Both the position numbers and the translations under genes were made by a program. Below, piece by piece: positions 8,601 to 21,277 of a stretch of DNA of 64,000 nt; positions within the stretch are counted from its first letter, which is position 1, and the number at the start of each line of letters is the position of its first letter. The stretch comes from Lingula anatina. Taxonomy: Eukaryota; Animalia; Brachiopoda. The notes under the pieces are model-generated. The model was not told the DNA's origin, did no database searches, and saw only the letters and a list, made by a program, of their open reading frames with translations. Location: contig JBPQGU010000016.1 in assembly GCA_051362555.1 (NCBI GenBank), positions 2,418,001-2,482,000 of the forward strand. The letters run 5' to 3'.

Positions 8601-11600
8601 GGCAGTTTTCTTCAATTTTGGCCAGGTAGGGATGAAAAATTTTTTTCTTCAATATTGTGTCAGGTAGGTGTGTTTGGTCATTTGTAGTGAGGGTAAAGTG
8701 CTGGAAGAGTGATTGTGTCATTATTTAGGAAGAAATAGAGCAAAAACTCTCTCCACCCCCCCTCTCTCCAAATCCTGTTCTCAGGTGTGCTTTCTGGCAA
8801 TCTTTAAAGCTGAAATTGGGGGCTTTAATGAAGTGACCCGGGCGCGTTTCCACATTTTTTATGAATGTCAGGTGTGGTAAATTAATTTTCATCACTTTTT
8901 GGAAAAATTGGTGACGGGTCATTTTTGGGTGATTTTGAGAGATTTTCGTAAGGTCCGGATATGGCAGTTTTCTTCAATTTTGGCCAGGTAGGGATGAAAA
9001 ATTTTTTTCTTCAATATTGTGTCAGGTAGGTGTGTTTGGTCATTTGTAGTGAGGGTAAAGTGCTGGAAGAGTGATTGTGTCATTATTTAGGAAGAAATAG
9101 AGCAAAAACTCTCTCCACCCCCCCTCTCTCCAAATCCTGTTCTCAGGTGTGCTTTCTGGCAATCTTTAAAGCTGAAATTGGGGGCTTTAATGAAGTGACC
9201 CGGGCGCGTTTCCACATTTTTTATGAATGTCAGGTGTGGTAAATTAATTTTCATCACTTTTTGGAAAAATTGGTGACGGGTCATTTTTGGGTGATTTTGA
9301 GAGATTTTCGTAAGGTCCGGATATGGCAGTTTTCTTCAATTTTGGCCAGGTAGGGATGAAAAATTTTTTTCTTCAATATTGTGTCAGGTAGGTGTGTTTG
9401 GTCATTTGTAGTGAGGGTAAAGTGCTGGAAGAGTGATTGTGTCATTATTTAGGAAGAAATAGAGCAAAAACTCTCTCCACCCCCCCTCTCTCCAAATCCT
9501 GTTCTCAGGTGTGCTTTCTGGCAATCTTTAAAGCTGAAATTGGGGGCTTTAATGAAGTGACCCGGGCGCGTTTCCACATTTTTTATGAATGTCAGGTGTG
9601 GTAAATTAATTTTCATCACTTTTTGGAAAAATTGGTGACGGGTCATTTTTGGGTGATTTTGAGAGATTTTCGTAAGGTCCGGATATGGCAGTTTTCTTCA
9701 ATTTTGGCCAGGTAGGGATGAAAAATTTTTTTCTTCAATATTGTGTCAGGTAGGTGTGTTTGGTCATTTGTAGTGAGGGTAAAGTGCTGGAAGAGTGATT
9801 GTGTCATTATTTAGGAAGAAATAGAGCAAAAACTCTCTCCACCCCCCCTCTCTCCAAATCCTGTTCTCAGGTGTGCTTTCTGGCAATCTTTAAAGCTGAA
9901 ATTGGGGGCTTTAATGAAGTGACCCGGGCGCGTTTCCACATTTTTTATGAATGTCAGGTGTGGTAAATTAATTTTCATCACTTTTTGGAAAAATTGGTGA
10001 CGGGTCATTTTTGGGTGATTTTGAGAGATTTTCGTAAGGTCCGGATATGGCAGTTTTCTTCAATTTTGGCCAGGTAGGGATGAAAAATTTTTTTCTTCAA
10101 TATTGTGTCAGGTAGGTGTGTTTGGTCATTTGTAGTGAGGGTAAAGTGCTGGAAGAGTGATTGTGTCATTATTTAGGAAGAAATAGAGCAAAAACTCTCT
10201 CCACCCCCCCTCTCTCCAAATCCTGTTCTCAGGTGTGCTTTCTGGCAATCTTTAAAGCTGAAATTGGGGGCTTTAATGAAGTGACCCGGGCGCGTTTCCA
10301 CATTTTTTATGAATGTCAGGTGTGGTAAATTAATTTTCATCACTTTTTGGAAAAATTGGTGACGGGTCATTTTTGGGTGATTTTGAGAGATTTTCGTAAG
10401 GTCCGGATATGGCAGTTTTCTTCAATTTTGGCCAGGTAGGGATGAAAAATTTTTTTCTTCAATATTGTGTCAGGTAGGTGTGTTTGGTCATTTGTAGTGA
10501 GGGTAAAGTGCTGGAAGAGTGATTGTGTCATTATTTAGGAAGAAATAGAGCAAAAACTCTCTCCACCCCCCCTCTCTCCAAATCCTGTTCTCAGGTGTGC
10601 TTTCTGGCAATCTTTAAAGCTGAAATTGGGGGCTTTAATGAAGTGACCCGGGCGCGTTTCCACATTTTTTATGAATGTCAGGTGTGGTAAATTAATTTTC
10701 ATCACTTTTTGGAAAAATTGGTGACGGGTCATTTTTGGGTGATTTTGAGAGATTTTCGTAAGGTCCGGATATGGCAGTTTTCTTCAATTTTGGCCAGGTA
10801 GGGATGAAAAATTTTTTTCTTCAATATTGTGTCAGGTAGGTGTGTTTGGTCATTTGTAGTGAGGGTAAAGTGCTGGAAGAGTGATTGTGTCATTATTTAG
10901 GAAGAAATAGAGCAAAAACTCTCTCCACCCCCCCTCTCTCCAAATCCTGTTCTCAGGTGTGCTTTCTGGCAATCTTTAAAGCTGAAATTGGGGGCTTTAA
11001 TGAAGTGACCCGGGCGCGTTTCCACATTTTTTATGAATGTCAGGTGTGGTAAATTAATTTTCATCACTTTTTGGAAAAATTGGTGACGGGTCATTTTTGG
11101 GTGATTTTGAGAGATTTTCGTAAGGTCCGGATATGGCAGTTTTCTTCAATTTTGGCCAGGTAGGGATGAAAAATTTTTTTCTTCAATATTGTGTCAGGTA
11201 GGTGTGTTTGGTCATTTGTAGTGAGGGTAAAGTGCTGGAAGAGTGATTGTGTCATTATTTAGGAAGAAATAGAGCAAAAACTCTCTCCACCCCCCCTCTC
11301 TCCAAATCCTGTTCTCAGGTGTGCTTTCTGGCAATCTTTAAAGCTGAAATTGGGGGCTTTAATGAAGTGACCCGGGCGCGTTTCCACATTTTTTATGAAT
11401 GTCAGGTGTGGTAAATTAATTTTCATCACTTTTTGGAAAAATTGGTGACGGGTCATTTTTGGGTGATTTTGAGAGATTTTCGTAAGGTCCGGATATGGCA
11501 GTTTTCTTCAATTTTGGCCAGGTAGGGATGAAAAATTTTTTTCTTCAATATTGTGTCAGGTAGGTGTGTTTGGTCATTTGTAGTGAGGGTAAAGTGCTGG

Positions 11601-14600
11601 AAGAGTGATTGTGTCATTATTTAGGAAGAAATAGAGCAAAAACTCTCTCCACCCCCCCTCTCTCCAAATCCTGTTCTCAGGTGTGCTTTCTGGCAATCTT
11701 TAAAGCTGAAATTGGGGGCTTTAATGAAGTGACCCGGGCGCGTTTCCACATTTTTTATGAATGTCAGGTGTGGTAAATTAATTTTCATCACTTTTTGGAA
11801 AAATTGGTGACGGGTCATTTTTGGGTGATTTTGAGAGATTTTCGTAAGGTCCGGATATGGCAGTTTTCTTCAATTTTGGCCAGGTAGGGATGAAAAATTT
11901 TTTTCTTCAATATTGTGTCAGGTAGGTGTGTTTGGTCATTTGTAGTGAGGGTAAAGTGCTGGAAGAGTGATTGTGTCATTATTTAGGAAGAAATAGAGCA
12001 AAAACTCTCTCCACCCCCCCTCTCTCCAAATCCTGTTCTCAGGTGTGCTTTCTGGCAATCTTTAAAGCTGAAATTGGGGGCTTTAATGAAGTGACCCGGG
12101 CGCGTTTCCACATTTTTTATGAATGTCAGGTGTGGTAAATTAATTTTCATCACTTTTTGGAAAAATTGGTGACGGGTCATTTTTGGGTGATTTTGAGAGA
12201 TTTTCGTAAGGTCCGGATATGGCAGTTTTCTTCAATTTTGGCCAGGTAGGGATGAAAAATTTTTTTCTTCAATATTGTGTCAGGTAGGTGTGTTTGGTCA
12301 TTTGTAGTGAGGGTAAAGTGCTGGAAGAGTGATTGTGTCATTATTTAGGAAGAAATAGAGCAAAAACTCTCTCCACCCCCCCTCTCTCCAAATCCTGTTC
12401 TCAGGTGTGCTTTCTGGCAATCTTTAAAGCTGAAATTGGGGGCTTTAATGAAGTGACCCGGGCGCGTTTCCACATTTTTTATGAATGTCAGGTGTGGTAA
12501 ATTAATTTTCATCACTTTTTGGAAAAATTGGTGACGGGTCATTTTTGGGTGATTTTGAGAGATTTTCGTAAGGTCCGGATATGGCAGTTTTCTTCAATTT
12601 TGGCCAGGTAGGGATGAAAAATTTTTTTCTTCAATATTGTGTCAGGTAGGTGTGTTTGGTCATTTGTAGTGAGGGTAAAGTGCTGGAAGAGTGATTGTGT
12701 CATTATTTAGGAAGAAATAGAGCAAAAACTCTCTCCACCCCCCCTCTCTCCAAATCCTGTTCTCAGGTGTGCTTTCTGGCAATCTTTAAAGCTGAAATTG
12801 GGGGCTTTAATGAAGTGACCCGGGCGCGTTTCCACATTTTTTATGAATGTCAGGTGTGGTAAATTAATTTTCATCACTTTTTGGAAAAATTGGTGACGGG
12901 TCATTTTTGGGTGATTTTGAGAGATTTTCGTAAGGTCCGGATATGGCAGTTTTCTTCAATTTTGGCCAGGTAGGGATGAAAAATTTTTTTCTTCAATATT
13001 GTGTCAGGTAGGTGTGTTTGGTCATTTGTAGTGAGGGTAAAGTGCTGGAAGAGTGATTGTGTCATTATTTAGGAAGAAATAGAGCAAAAACTCTCTCCAC
13101 CCCCCCTCTCTCCAAATCCTGTTCTCAGGTGTGCTTTCTGGCAATCTTTAAAGCTGAAATTGGGGGCTTTAATGAAGTGACCCGGGCGCGTTTCCACATT
13201 TTTTATGAATGTCAGGTGTGGTAAATTAATTTTCATCACTTTTTGGAAAAATTGGTGACGGGTCATTTTTGGGTGATTTTGAGAGATTTTCGTAAGGTCC
13301 GGATATGGCAGTTTTCTTCAATTTTGGCCAGGTAGGGATGAAAAATTTTTTTCTTCAATATTGTGTCAGGTAGGTGTGTTTGGTCATTTGTAGTGAGGGT
13401 AAAGTGCTGGAAGAGTGATTGTGTCATTATTTAGGAAGAAATAGAGCAAAAACTCTCTCCACCCCCCCTCTCTCCAAATCCTGTTCTCAGGTGTGCTTTC
13501 TGGCAATCTTTAAAGCTGAAATTGGGGGCTTTAATGAAGTGACCCGGGCGCGTTTCCACATTTTTTATGAATGTCAGGTGTGGTAAATTAATTTTCATCA
13601 CTTTTTGGAAAAATTGGTGACGGGTCATTTTTGGGTGATTTTGAGAGATTTTCGTAAGGTCCGGATATGGCAGTTTTCTTCAATTTTGGCCAGGTAGGGA
13701 TGAAAAATTTTTTTCTTCAATATTGTGTCAGGTAGGTGTGTTTGGTCATTTGTAGTGAGGGTAAAGTGCTGGAAGAGTGATTGTGTCATTATTTAGGAAG
13801 AAATAGAGCAAAAACTCTCTCCACCCCCCCTCTCTCCAAATCCTGTTCTCAGGTGTGCTTTCTGGCAATCTTTAAAGCTGAAATTGGGGGCTTTAATGAA
13901 GTGACCCGGGCGCGTTTCCACATTTTTTATGAATGTCAGGTGTGGTAAATTAATTTTCATCACTTTTTGGAAAAATTGGTGACGGGTCATTTTTGGGTGA
14001 TTTTGAGAGATTTTCGTAAGGTCCGGATATGGCAGTTTTCTTCAATTTTGGCCAGGTAGGGATGAAAAATTTTTTTCTTCAATATTGTGTCAGGTAGGTG
14101 TGTTTGGTCATTTGTAGTGAGGGTAAAGTGCTGGAAGAGTGATTGTGTCATTATTTAGGAAGAAATAGAGCAAAAACTCTCTCCACCCCCCCTCTCTCCA
14201 AATCCTGTTCTCAGGTGTGCTTTCTGGCAATCTTTAAAGCTGAAATTGGGGGCTTTAATGAAGTGACCCGGGCGCGTTTCCACATTTTTTATGAATGTCA
14301 GGTGTGGTAAATTAATTTTCATCACTTTTTGGAAAAATTGGTGACGGGTCATTTTTGGGTGATTTTGAGAGATTTTCGTAAGGTCCGGATATGGCAGTTT
14401 TCTTCAATTTTGGCCAGGTAGGGATGAAAAATTTTTTTCTTCAATATTGTGTCAGGTAGGTGTGTTTGGTCATTTGTAGTGAGGGTAAAGTGCTGGAAGA
14501 GTGATTGTGTCATTATTTAGGAAGAAATAGAGCAAAAACTCTCTCCACCCCCCCTCTCTCCAAATCCTGTTCTCAGGTGTGCTTTCTGGCAATCTTTAAA

Positions 14601-17600
14601 GCTGAAATTGGGGGCTTTAATGAAGTGACCCGGGCGCGTTTCCACATTTTTTATGAATGTCAGGTGTGGTAAATTAATTTTCATCACTTTTTGGAAAAAT
14701 TGGTGACGGGTCATTTTTGGGTGATTTTGAGAGATTTTCGTAAGGTCTGGATATGGCAGTTTTCTTCAATTTTGGCCAGGTAGGGATGAAAAATTTTTTT
14801 CTTCAATATTGTGTCAGGTAGGTGTGTTTGGTCATTTGTAGTGAGGGTAAAGTGCTGGAAGAGTGATTGTGTCATTATTTAGGAAGAAATAGAGCAAAAA
14901 CTCTCTCCACCCCCCCTCTCTCCAAATCCTGTTCTCAGGTGTGCTTTCTGGCAATCTTTAAAGCTGAAATTGGGGGCTTTAATGAAGTGACCCGGGCGCG
15001 TTTCCACATTTTTTATGAATGTCAGGTGTGGTAAATTAATTTTCATCACTTTTTGGAAAAATTGGTGACGGGTCATTTTTGGGTGATTTTGAGAGATTTT
15101 CGTAAGGTCCGGATATGGCAGTTTTCTTCAATTTTGGCCAGGTAGGGATGAAAAATTTTTTTCTTCAATATTGTGTCAGGTAGGTGTGTTTGGTCATTTG
15201 TAGTGAGGGTAAAGTGCTGGAAGAGTGATTGTGTCATTATTTAGGAAGAAATAGAGCAAAAACTCTCTCCACCCCCCCTCTCTCCAAATCCTGTTCTCAG
15301 GTGTGCTTTCTGGCAATCTTTAAAGCTGAAATTGGGGGCTTTAATGAAGTGACCCGGGCGCGTTTCCACATTTTTTATGAATGTCAGGTGTGGTAAATTA
15401 ATTTTCATCACTTTTTGGAAAAATTGGTGACGGGTCATTTTTGGGTGATTTTGAGAGATTTTCGTAAGGTCCGGATATGGCAGTTTTCTTCAATTTTGGC
15501 CAGGTAGGGATGAAAAATTTTTTTCTTCAATATTGTGTCAGGTAGGTGTGTTTGGTCATTTGTAGTGAGGGTAAAGTGCTGGAAGAGTGATTGTGTCATT
15601 ATTTAGGAAGAAATAGAGCAAAAACTCTCTCCACCCCCCCTCTCTCCAAATCCTGTTCTCAGGTGTGCTTTCTGGCAATCTTTAAAGCTGAAATTGGGGG
15701 CTTTAATGAAGTGACCCGGGCGCGTTTCCACATTTTTTATGAATGTCAGGTGTGGTAAATTAATTTTCATCACTTTTTGGAAAAATTGGTGACGGGTCAT
15801 TTTTGGGTGATTTTGAGAGATTTTCGTAAGGTCCGGATATGGCAGTTTTCTTCAATTTTGGCCAGGTAGGGATGAAAAATTTTTTTCTTCAATATTGTGT
15901 CAGGTAGGTGTGTTTGGTCATTTGTAGTGAGGGTAAAGTGCTGGAAGAGTGATTGTGTCATTATTTAGGAAGAAATAGAGCAAAAACTCTCTCCACCCCC
16001 CCTCTCTCCAAATCCTGTTCTCAGGTGTGCTTTCTGGCAATCTTTAAAGCTGAAATTGGGGGCTTTAATGAAGTGACCCGGGCGCGTTTCCACATTTTTT
16101 ATGAATGTCAGGTGTGGTAAATTAATTTTCATCACTTTTTGGAAAAATTGGTGACGGGTCATTTTTGGGTGATTTTGAGAGATTTTCGTAAGGTCCGGAT
16201 ATGGCAGTTTTCTTCAATTTTGGCCAGGTAGGGATGAAAAATTTTTTTCTTCAATATTGTGTCAGGTAGGTGTGTTTGGTCATTTGTAGTGAGGGTAAAG
16301 TGCTGGAAGAGTGATTGTGTCATTATTTAGGAAGAAATAGAGCAAAAACTCTCTCCACCCCCCCTCTCTCCAAATCCTGTTCTCAGGTGTGCTTTCTGGC
16401 AATCTTTAAAGCTGAAATTGGGGGCTTTAATGAAGTGACCCGGGCGCGTTTCCACATTTTTTATGAATGTCAGGTGTGGTAAATTAATTTTCATCACTTT
16501 TTGGAAAAATTGGTGACGGGTCATTTTTGGGTGATTTTGAGAGATTTTCGTAAGGTCCGGATATGGCAGTTTTCTTCAATTTTGGCCAGGTAGGGATGAA
16601 AAATTTTTTTCTTCAATATTGTGTCAGGTAGGTGTGTTTGGTCATTTGTAGTGAGGGTAAAGTGCTGGAAGAGTGATTGTGTCATTATTTAGGAAGAAAT
16701 AGAGCAAAAACTCTCTCCACCCCCCCTCTCTCCAAATCCTGTTCTCAGGTGTGCTTTCTGGCAATCTTTAAAGCTGAAATTGGGGGCTTTAATGAAGTGA
16801 CCCGGGCGCGTTTCCACATTTTTTATGAATGTCAGGTGTGGTAAATTAATTTTCATCACTTTTTGGAAAAATTGGTGACGGGTCATTTTTGGGTGATTTT
16901 GAGAGATTTTCGTAAGGTCCGGATATGGCAGTTTTCTTCAATTTTGGCCAGGTAGGGATGAAAAATTTTTTTCTTCAATATTGTGTCAGGTAGGTGTGTT
17001 TGGTCATTTGTAGTGAGGGTAAAGTGCTGGAAGAGTGATTGTGTCATTATTTAGGAAGAAATAGAGCAAAAACTCTCTCCACCCCCCCTCTCTCCAAATC
17101 CTGTTCTCAGGTGTGCTTTCTGGCAATCTTTAAAGCTGAAATTGGGGGCTTTAATGAAGTGACCCGGGCGCGTTTCCACATTTTTTATGAATGTCAGGTG
17201 TGGTAAATTAATTTTCATCACTTTTTGGAAAAATTGGTGACGGGTCATTTTTGGGTGATTTTGAGAGATTTTCGTAAGGTCCGGATATGGCAGTTTTCTT
17301 CAATTTTGGCCAGGTAGGGATGAAAAATTTTTTTCTTCAATATTGTGTCAGGTAGGTGTGTTTGGTCATTTGTAGTGAGGGTAAAGTGCTGGAAGAGTGA
17401 TTGTGTCATTATTTAGGAAGAAATAGAGCAAAAACTCTCTCCACCCCCCCTCTCTCCAAATCCTGTTCTCAGGTGTGCTTTCTGGCAATCTTTAAAGCTG
17501 AAATTGGGGGCTTTAATGAAGTGACCCGGGCGCGTTTCCACATTTTTTATGAATGTCAGGTGTGGTAAATTAATTTTCATCACTTTTTGGAAAAATTGGT

Positions 17601-20600
17601 GACGGGTCATTTTTGGGTGATTTTGAGAGATTTTCGTAAGGTCCGGATATGGCAGTTTTCTTCAATTTTGGCCAGGTAGGGATGAAAAATTTTTTTCTTC
17701 AATATTGTGTCAGGTAGGTGTGTTTGGTCATTTGTAGTGAGGGTAAAGTGCTGGAAGAGTGATTGTGTCATTATTTAGGAAGAAATAGAGCAAAAACTCT
17801 CTCCACCCCCCCTCTCTCCAAATCCTGTTCTCAGGTGTGCTTTCTGGCAATCTTTAAAGCTGAAATTGGGGGCTTTAATGAAGTGACCCGGGCGCGTTTC
17901 CACATTTTTTATGAATGTCAGGTGTGGTAAATTAATTTTCATCACTTTTTGGAAAAATTGGTGACGGGTCATTTTTGGGTGATTTTGAGAGATTTTCGTA
18001 AGGTCCGGATATGGCAGTTTTCTTCAATTTTGGCCAGGTAGGGATGAAAAATTTTTTTCTTCAATATTGTGTCAGGTAGGTGTGTTTGGTCATTTGTAGT
18101 GAGGGTAAAGTGCTGGAAGAGTGATTGTGTCATTATTTAGGAAGAAATAGAGCAAAAACTCTCTCCACCCCCCCTCTCTCCAAATCCTGTTCTCAGGTGT
18201 GCTTTCTGGCAATCTTTAAAGCTGAAATTGGGGGCTTTAATGAAGTGACCCGGGCGCGTTTCCACATTTTTTATGAATGTCAGGTGTGGTAAATTAATTT
18301 TCATCACTTTTTGGAAAAATTGGTGACGGGTCATTTTTGGGTGATTTTGAGAGATTTTCGTAAGGTCCGGATATGGCAGTTTTCTTCAATTTTGGCCAGG
18401 TAGGGATGAAAAATTTTTTTCTTCAATATTGTGTCAGGTAGGTGTGTTTGGTCATTTGTAGTGAGGGTAAAGTGCTGGAAGAGTGATTGTGTCATTATTT
18501 AGGAAGAAATAGAGCAAAAACTCTCTCCACCCCCCCTCTCTCCAAATCCTGTTCTCAGGTGTGCTTTCTGGCAATCTTTAAAGCTGAAATTGGGGGCTTT
18601 AATGAAGTGACCCGGGCGCGTTTCCACATTTTTTATGAATGTCAGGTGTGGTAAATTAATTTTCATCACTTTTTGGAAAAATTGGTGACGGGTCATTTTT
18701 GGGTGATTTTGAGAGATTTTCGTAAGGTCCGGATATGGCAGTTTTCTTCAATTTTGGCCAGGTAGGGATGAAAAATTTTTTTCTTCAATATTGTGTCAGG
18801 TAGGTGTGTTTGGTCATTTGTAGTGAGGGTAAAGTGCTGGAAGAGTGATTGTGTCATTATTTAGGAAGAAATAGAGCAAAAACTCTCTCCACCCCCCCTC
18901 TCTCCAAATCCTGTTCTCAGGTGTGCTTTCTGGCAATCTTTAAAGCTGAAATTGGGGGCTTTAATGAAGTGACCCGGGCGCGTTTCCACATTTTTTATGA
19001 ATGTCAGGTGTGGTAAATTAATTTTCATCACTTTTTGGAAAAATTGGTGACGGGTCATTTTTGGGTGATTTTGAGAGATTTTCGTAAGGTCCGGATATGG
19101 CAGTTTTCTTCAATTTTGGCCAGGTAGGGATGAAAAATTTTTTTCTTCAATATTGTGTCAGGTAGGTGTGTTTGGTCATTTGTAGTGAGGGTAAAGTGCT
19201 GGAAGAGTGATTGTGTCATTATTTAGGAAGAAATAGAGCAAAAACTCTCTCCACCCCCCCTCTCTCCAAATCCTGTTCTCAGGTGTGCTTTCTGGCAATC
19301 TTTAAAGCTGAAATTGGGGGCTTTAATGAAGTGACCCGGGCGCGTTTCCACATTTTTTATGAATGTCAGGTGTGGTAAATTAATTTTCATCACTTTTTGG
19401 AAAAATTGGTGACGGGTCATTTTTGGGTGATTTTGAGAGATTTTCGTAAGGTCCGGATATGGCAGTTTTCTTCAATTTTGGCCAGGTAGGGATGAAAAAT
19501 TTTTTTCTTCAATATTGTGTCAGGTAGGTGTGTTTGGTCATTTGTAGTGAGGGTAAAGTGCTGGAAGAGTGATTGTGTCATTATTTAGGAAGAAATAGAG
19601 CAAAAACTCTCTCCACCCCCCCTCTCTCCAAATCCTGTTCTCAGGTGTGCTTTCTGGCAATCTTTAAAGCTGAAATTGGGGGCTTTAATGAAGTGACCCG
19701 GGCGCGTTTCCACATTTTTTATGAATGTCAGGTGTGGTAAATTAATTTTCATCACTTTTTGGAAAAATTGGTGACGGGTCATTTTTGGGTGATTTTGAGA
19801 GATTTTCGTAAGGTCCGGATATGGCAGTTTTCTTCAATTTTGGCCAGGTAGGGATGAAAAATTTTTTTCTTCAATATTGTGTCAGGTAGGTGTGTTTGGT
19901 CATTTGTAGTGAGGGTAAAGTGCTGGAAGAGTGATTGTGTCATTATTTAGGAAGAAATAGAGCAAAAACTCTCTCCACCCCCCCTCTCTCCAAATCCTGT
20001 TCTCAGGTGTGCTTTCTGGCAATCTTTAAAGCTGAAATTGGGGGCTTTAATGAAGTGACCCGGGCGCGTTTCCACATTTTTTATGAATGTCAGGTGTGGT
20101 AAATTAATTTTCATCACTTTTTGGAAAAATTGGTGACGGGTCATTTTTGGGTGATTTTGAGAGATTTTCGTAAGGTCCGGATATGGCAGTTTTCTTCAAT
20201 TTTGGCCAGGTAGGGATGAAAAATTTTTTTCTTCAATATTGTGTCAGGTAGGTGTGTTTGGTCATTTGTAGTGAGGGTAAAGTGCTGGAAGAGTGATTGT
20301 GTCATTATTTAGGAAGAAATAGAGCAAAAACTCTCTCCACCCCCCCTCTCTCCAAATCCTGTTCTCAGGTGTGCTTTCTGGCAATCTTTAAAGCTGAAAT
20401 TGGGGGCTTTAATGAAGTGACCCGGGCGCGTTTCCACATTTTTTATGAATGTCAGGTGTGGTAAATTAATTTTCATCACTTTTTGGAAAAATTGGTGACG
20501 GGTCATTTTTGGGTGATTTTGAGAGATTTTCGTAAGGTCCGGATATGGCAGTTTTCTTCAATTTTGGCCAGGTAGGGATGAAAAATTTTTTTCTTCAATA

Positions 20601-21277
20601 TTGTGTCAGGTAGGTGTGTTTGGTCATTTGTAGTGAGGGTAAAGTGCTGGAAGAGTGATTGTGTCATTATTTAGGAAGAAATAGAGCAAAAACTCTCTCC
20701 ACCCCCCCTCTCTCCAAATCCTGTTCTCAGGTGTGCTTTCTGGCAATCTTTAAAGCTGAAATTGGGGGCTTTAATGAAGTGACCCGGGCGCGTTTCCACA
20801 TTTTTTATGAATGTCAGGTGTGGTAAATTAATTTTCATCACTTTTTGGAAAAATTGGTGACGGGTCATTTTTGGGTGATTTTGAGAGATTTTCGTAAGGT
20901 CCGGATATGGCAGTTTTCTTCAATTTTGGCCAGGTAGGGATGAAAAATTTTTTTCTTCAATATTGTGTCAGGTAGGTGTGTTTGGTCATTTGTAGTGAGG
21001 GTAAAGTGCTGGAAGAGTGATTGTGTCATTATTTAGGAAGAAATAGAGCAAAAACTCTCTCCACCCCCCCTCTCTCCAAATCCTGTTCTCAGGTGTGCTT
21101 TCTGGCAATCTTTAAAGCTGAAATTGGGGGCTTTAATGAAGTGACCCGGGCGCGTTTCCACATTTTTTATGAATGTCAGGTGTGGTAAATTAATTTTCAT
21201 CACTTTTTGGAAAAATTGGTGACGGGTCATTTTTGGGTGATTTTGAGAGATTTTCGTAAGGTCCGGATATGGCAGTT
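2668..21277. repeat. Array domain I: ~51 near-identical 362-bp monomers
   Basis: The only variants I noticed by eye are a 2-bp CT deletion near 4060 and C>T at 14748. Confidence 0.85.
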
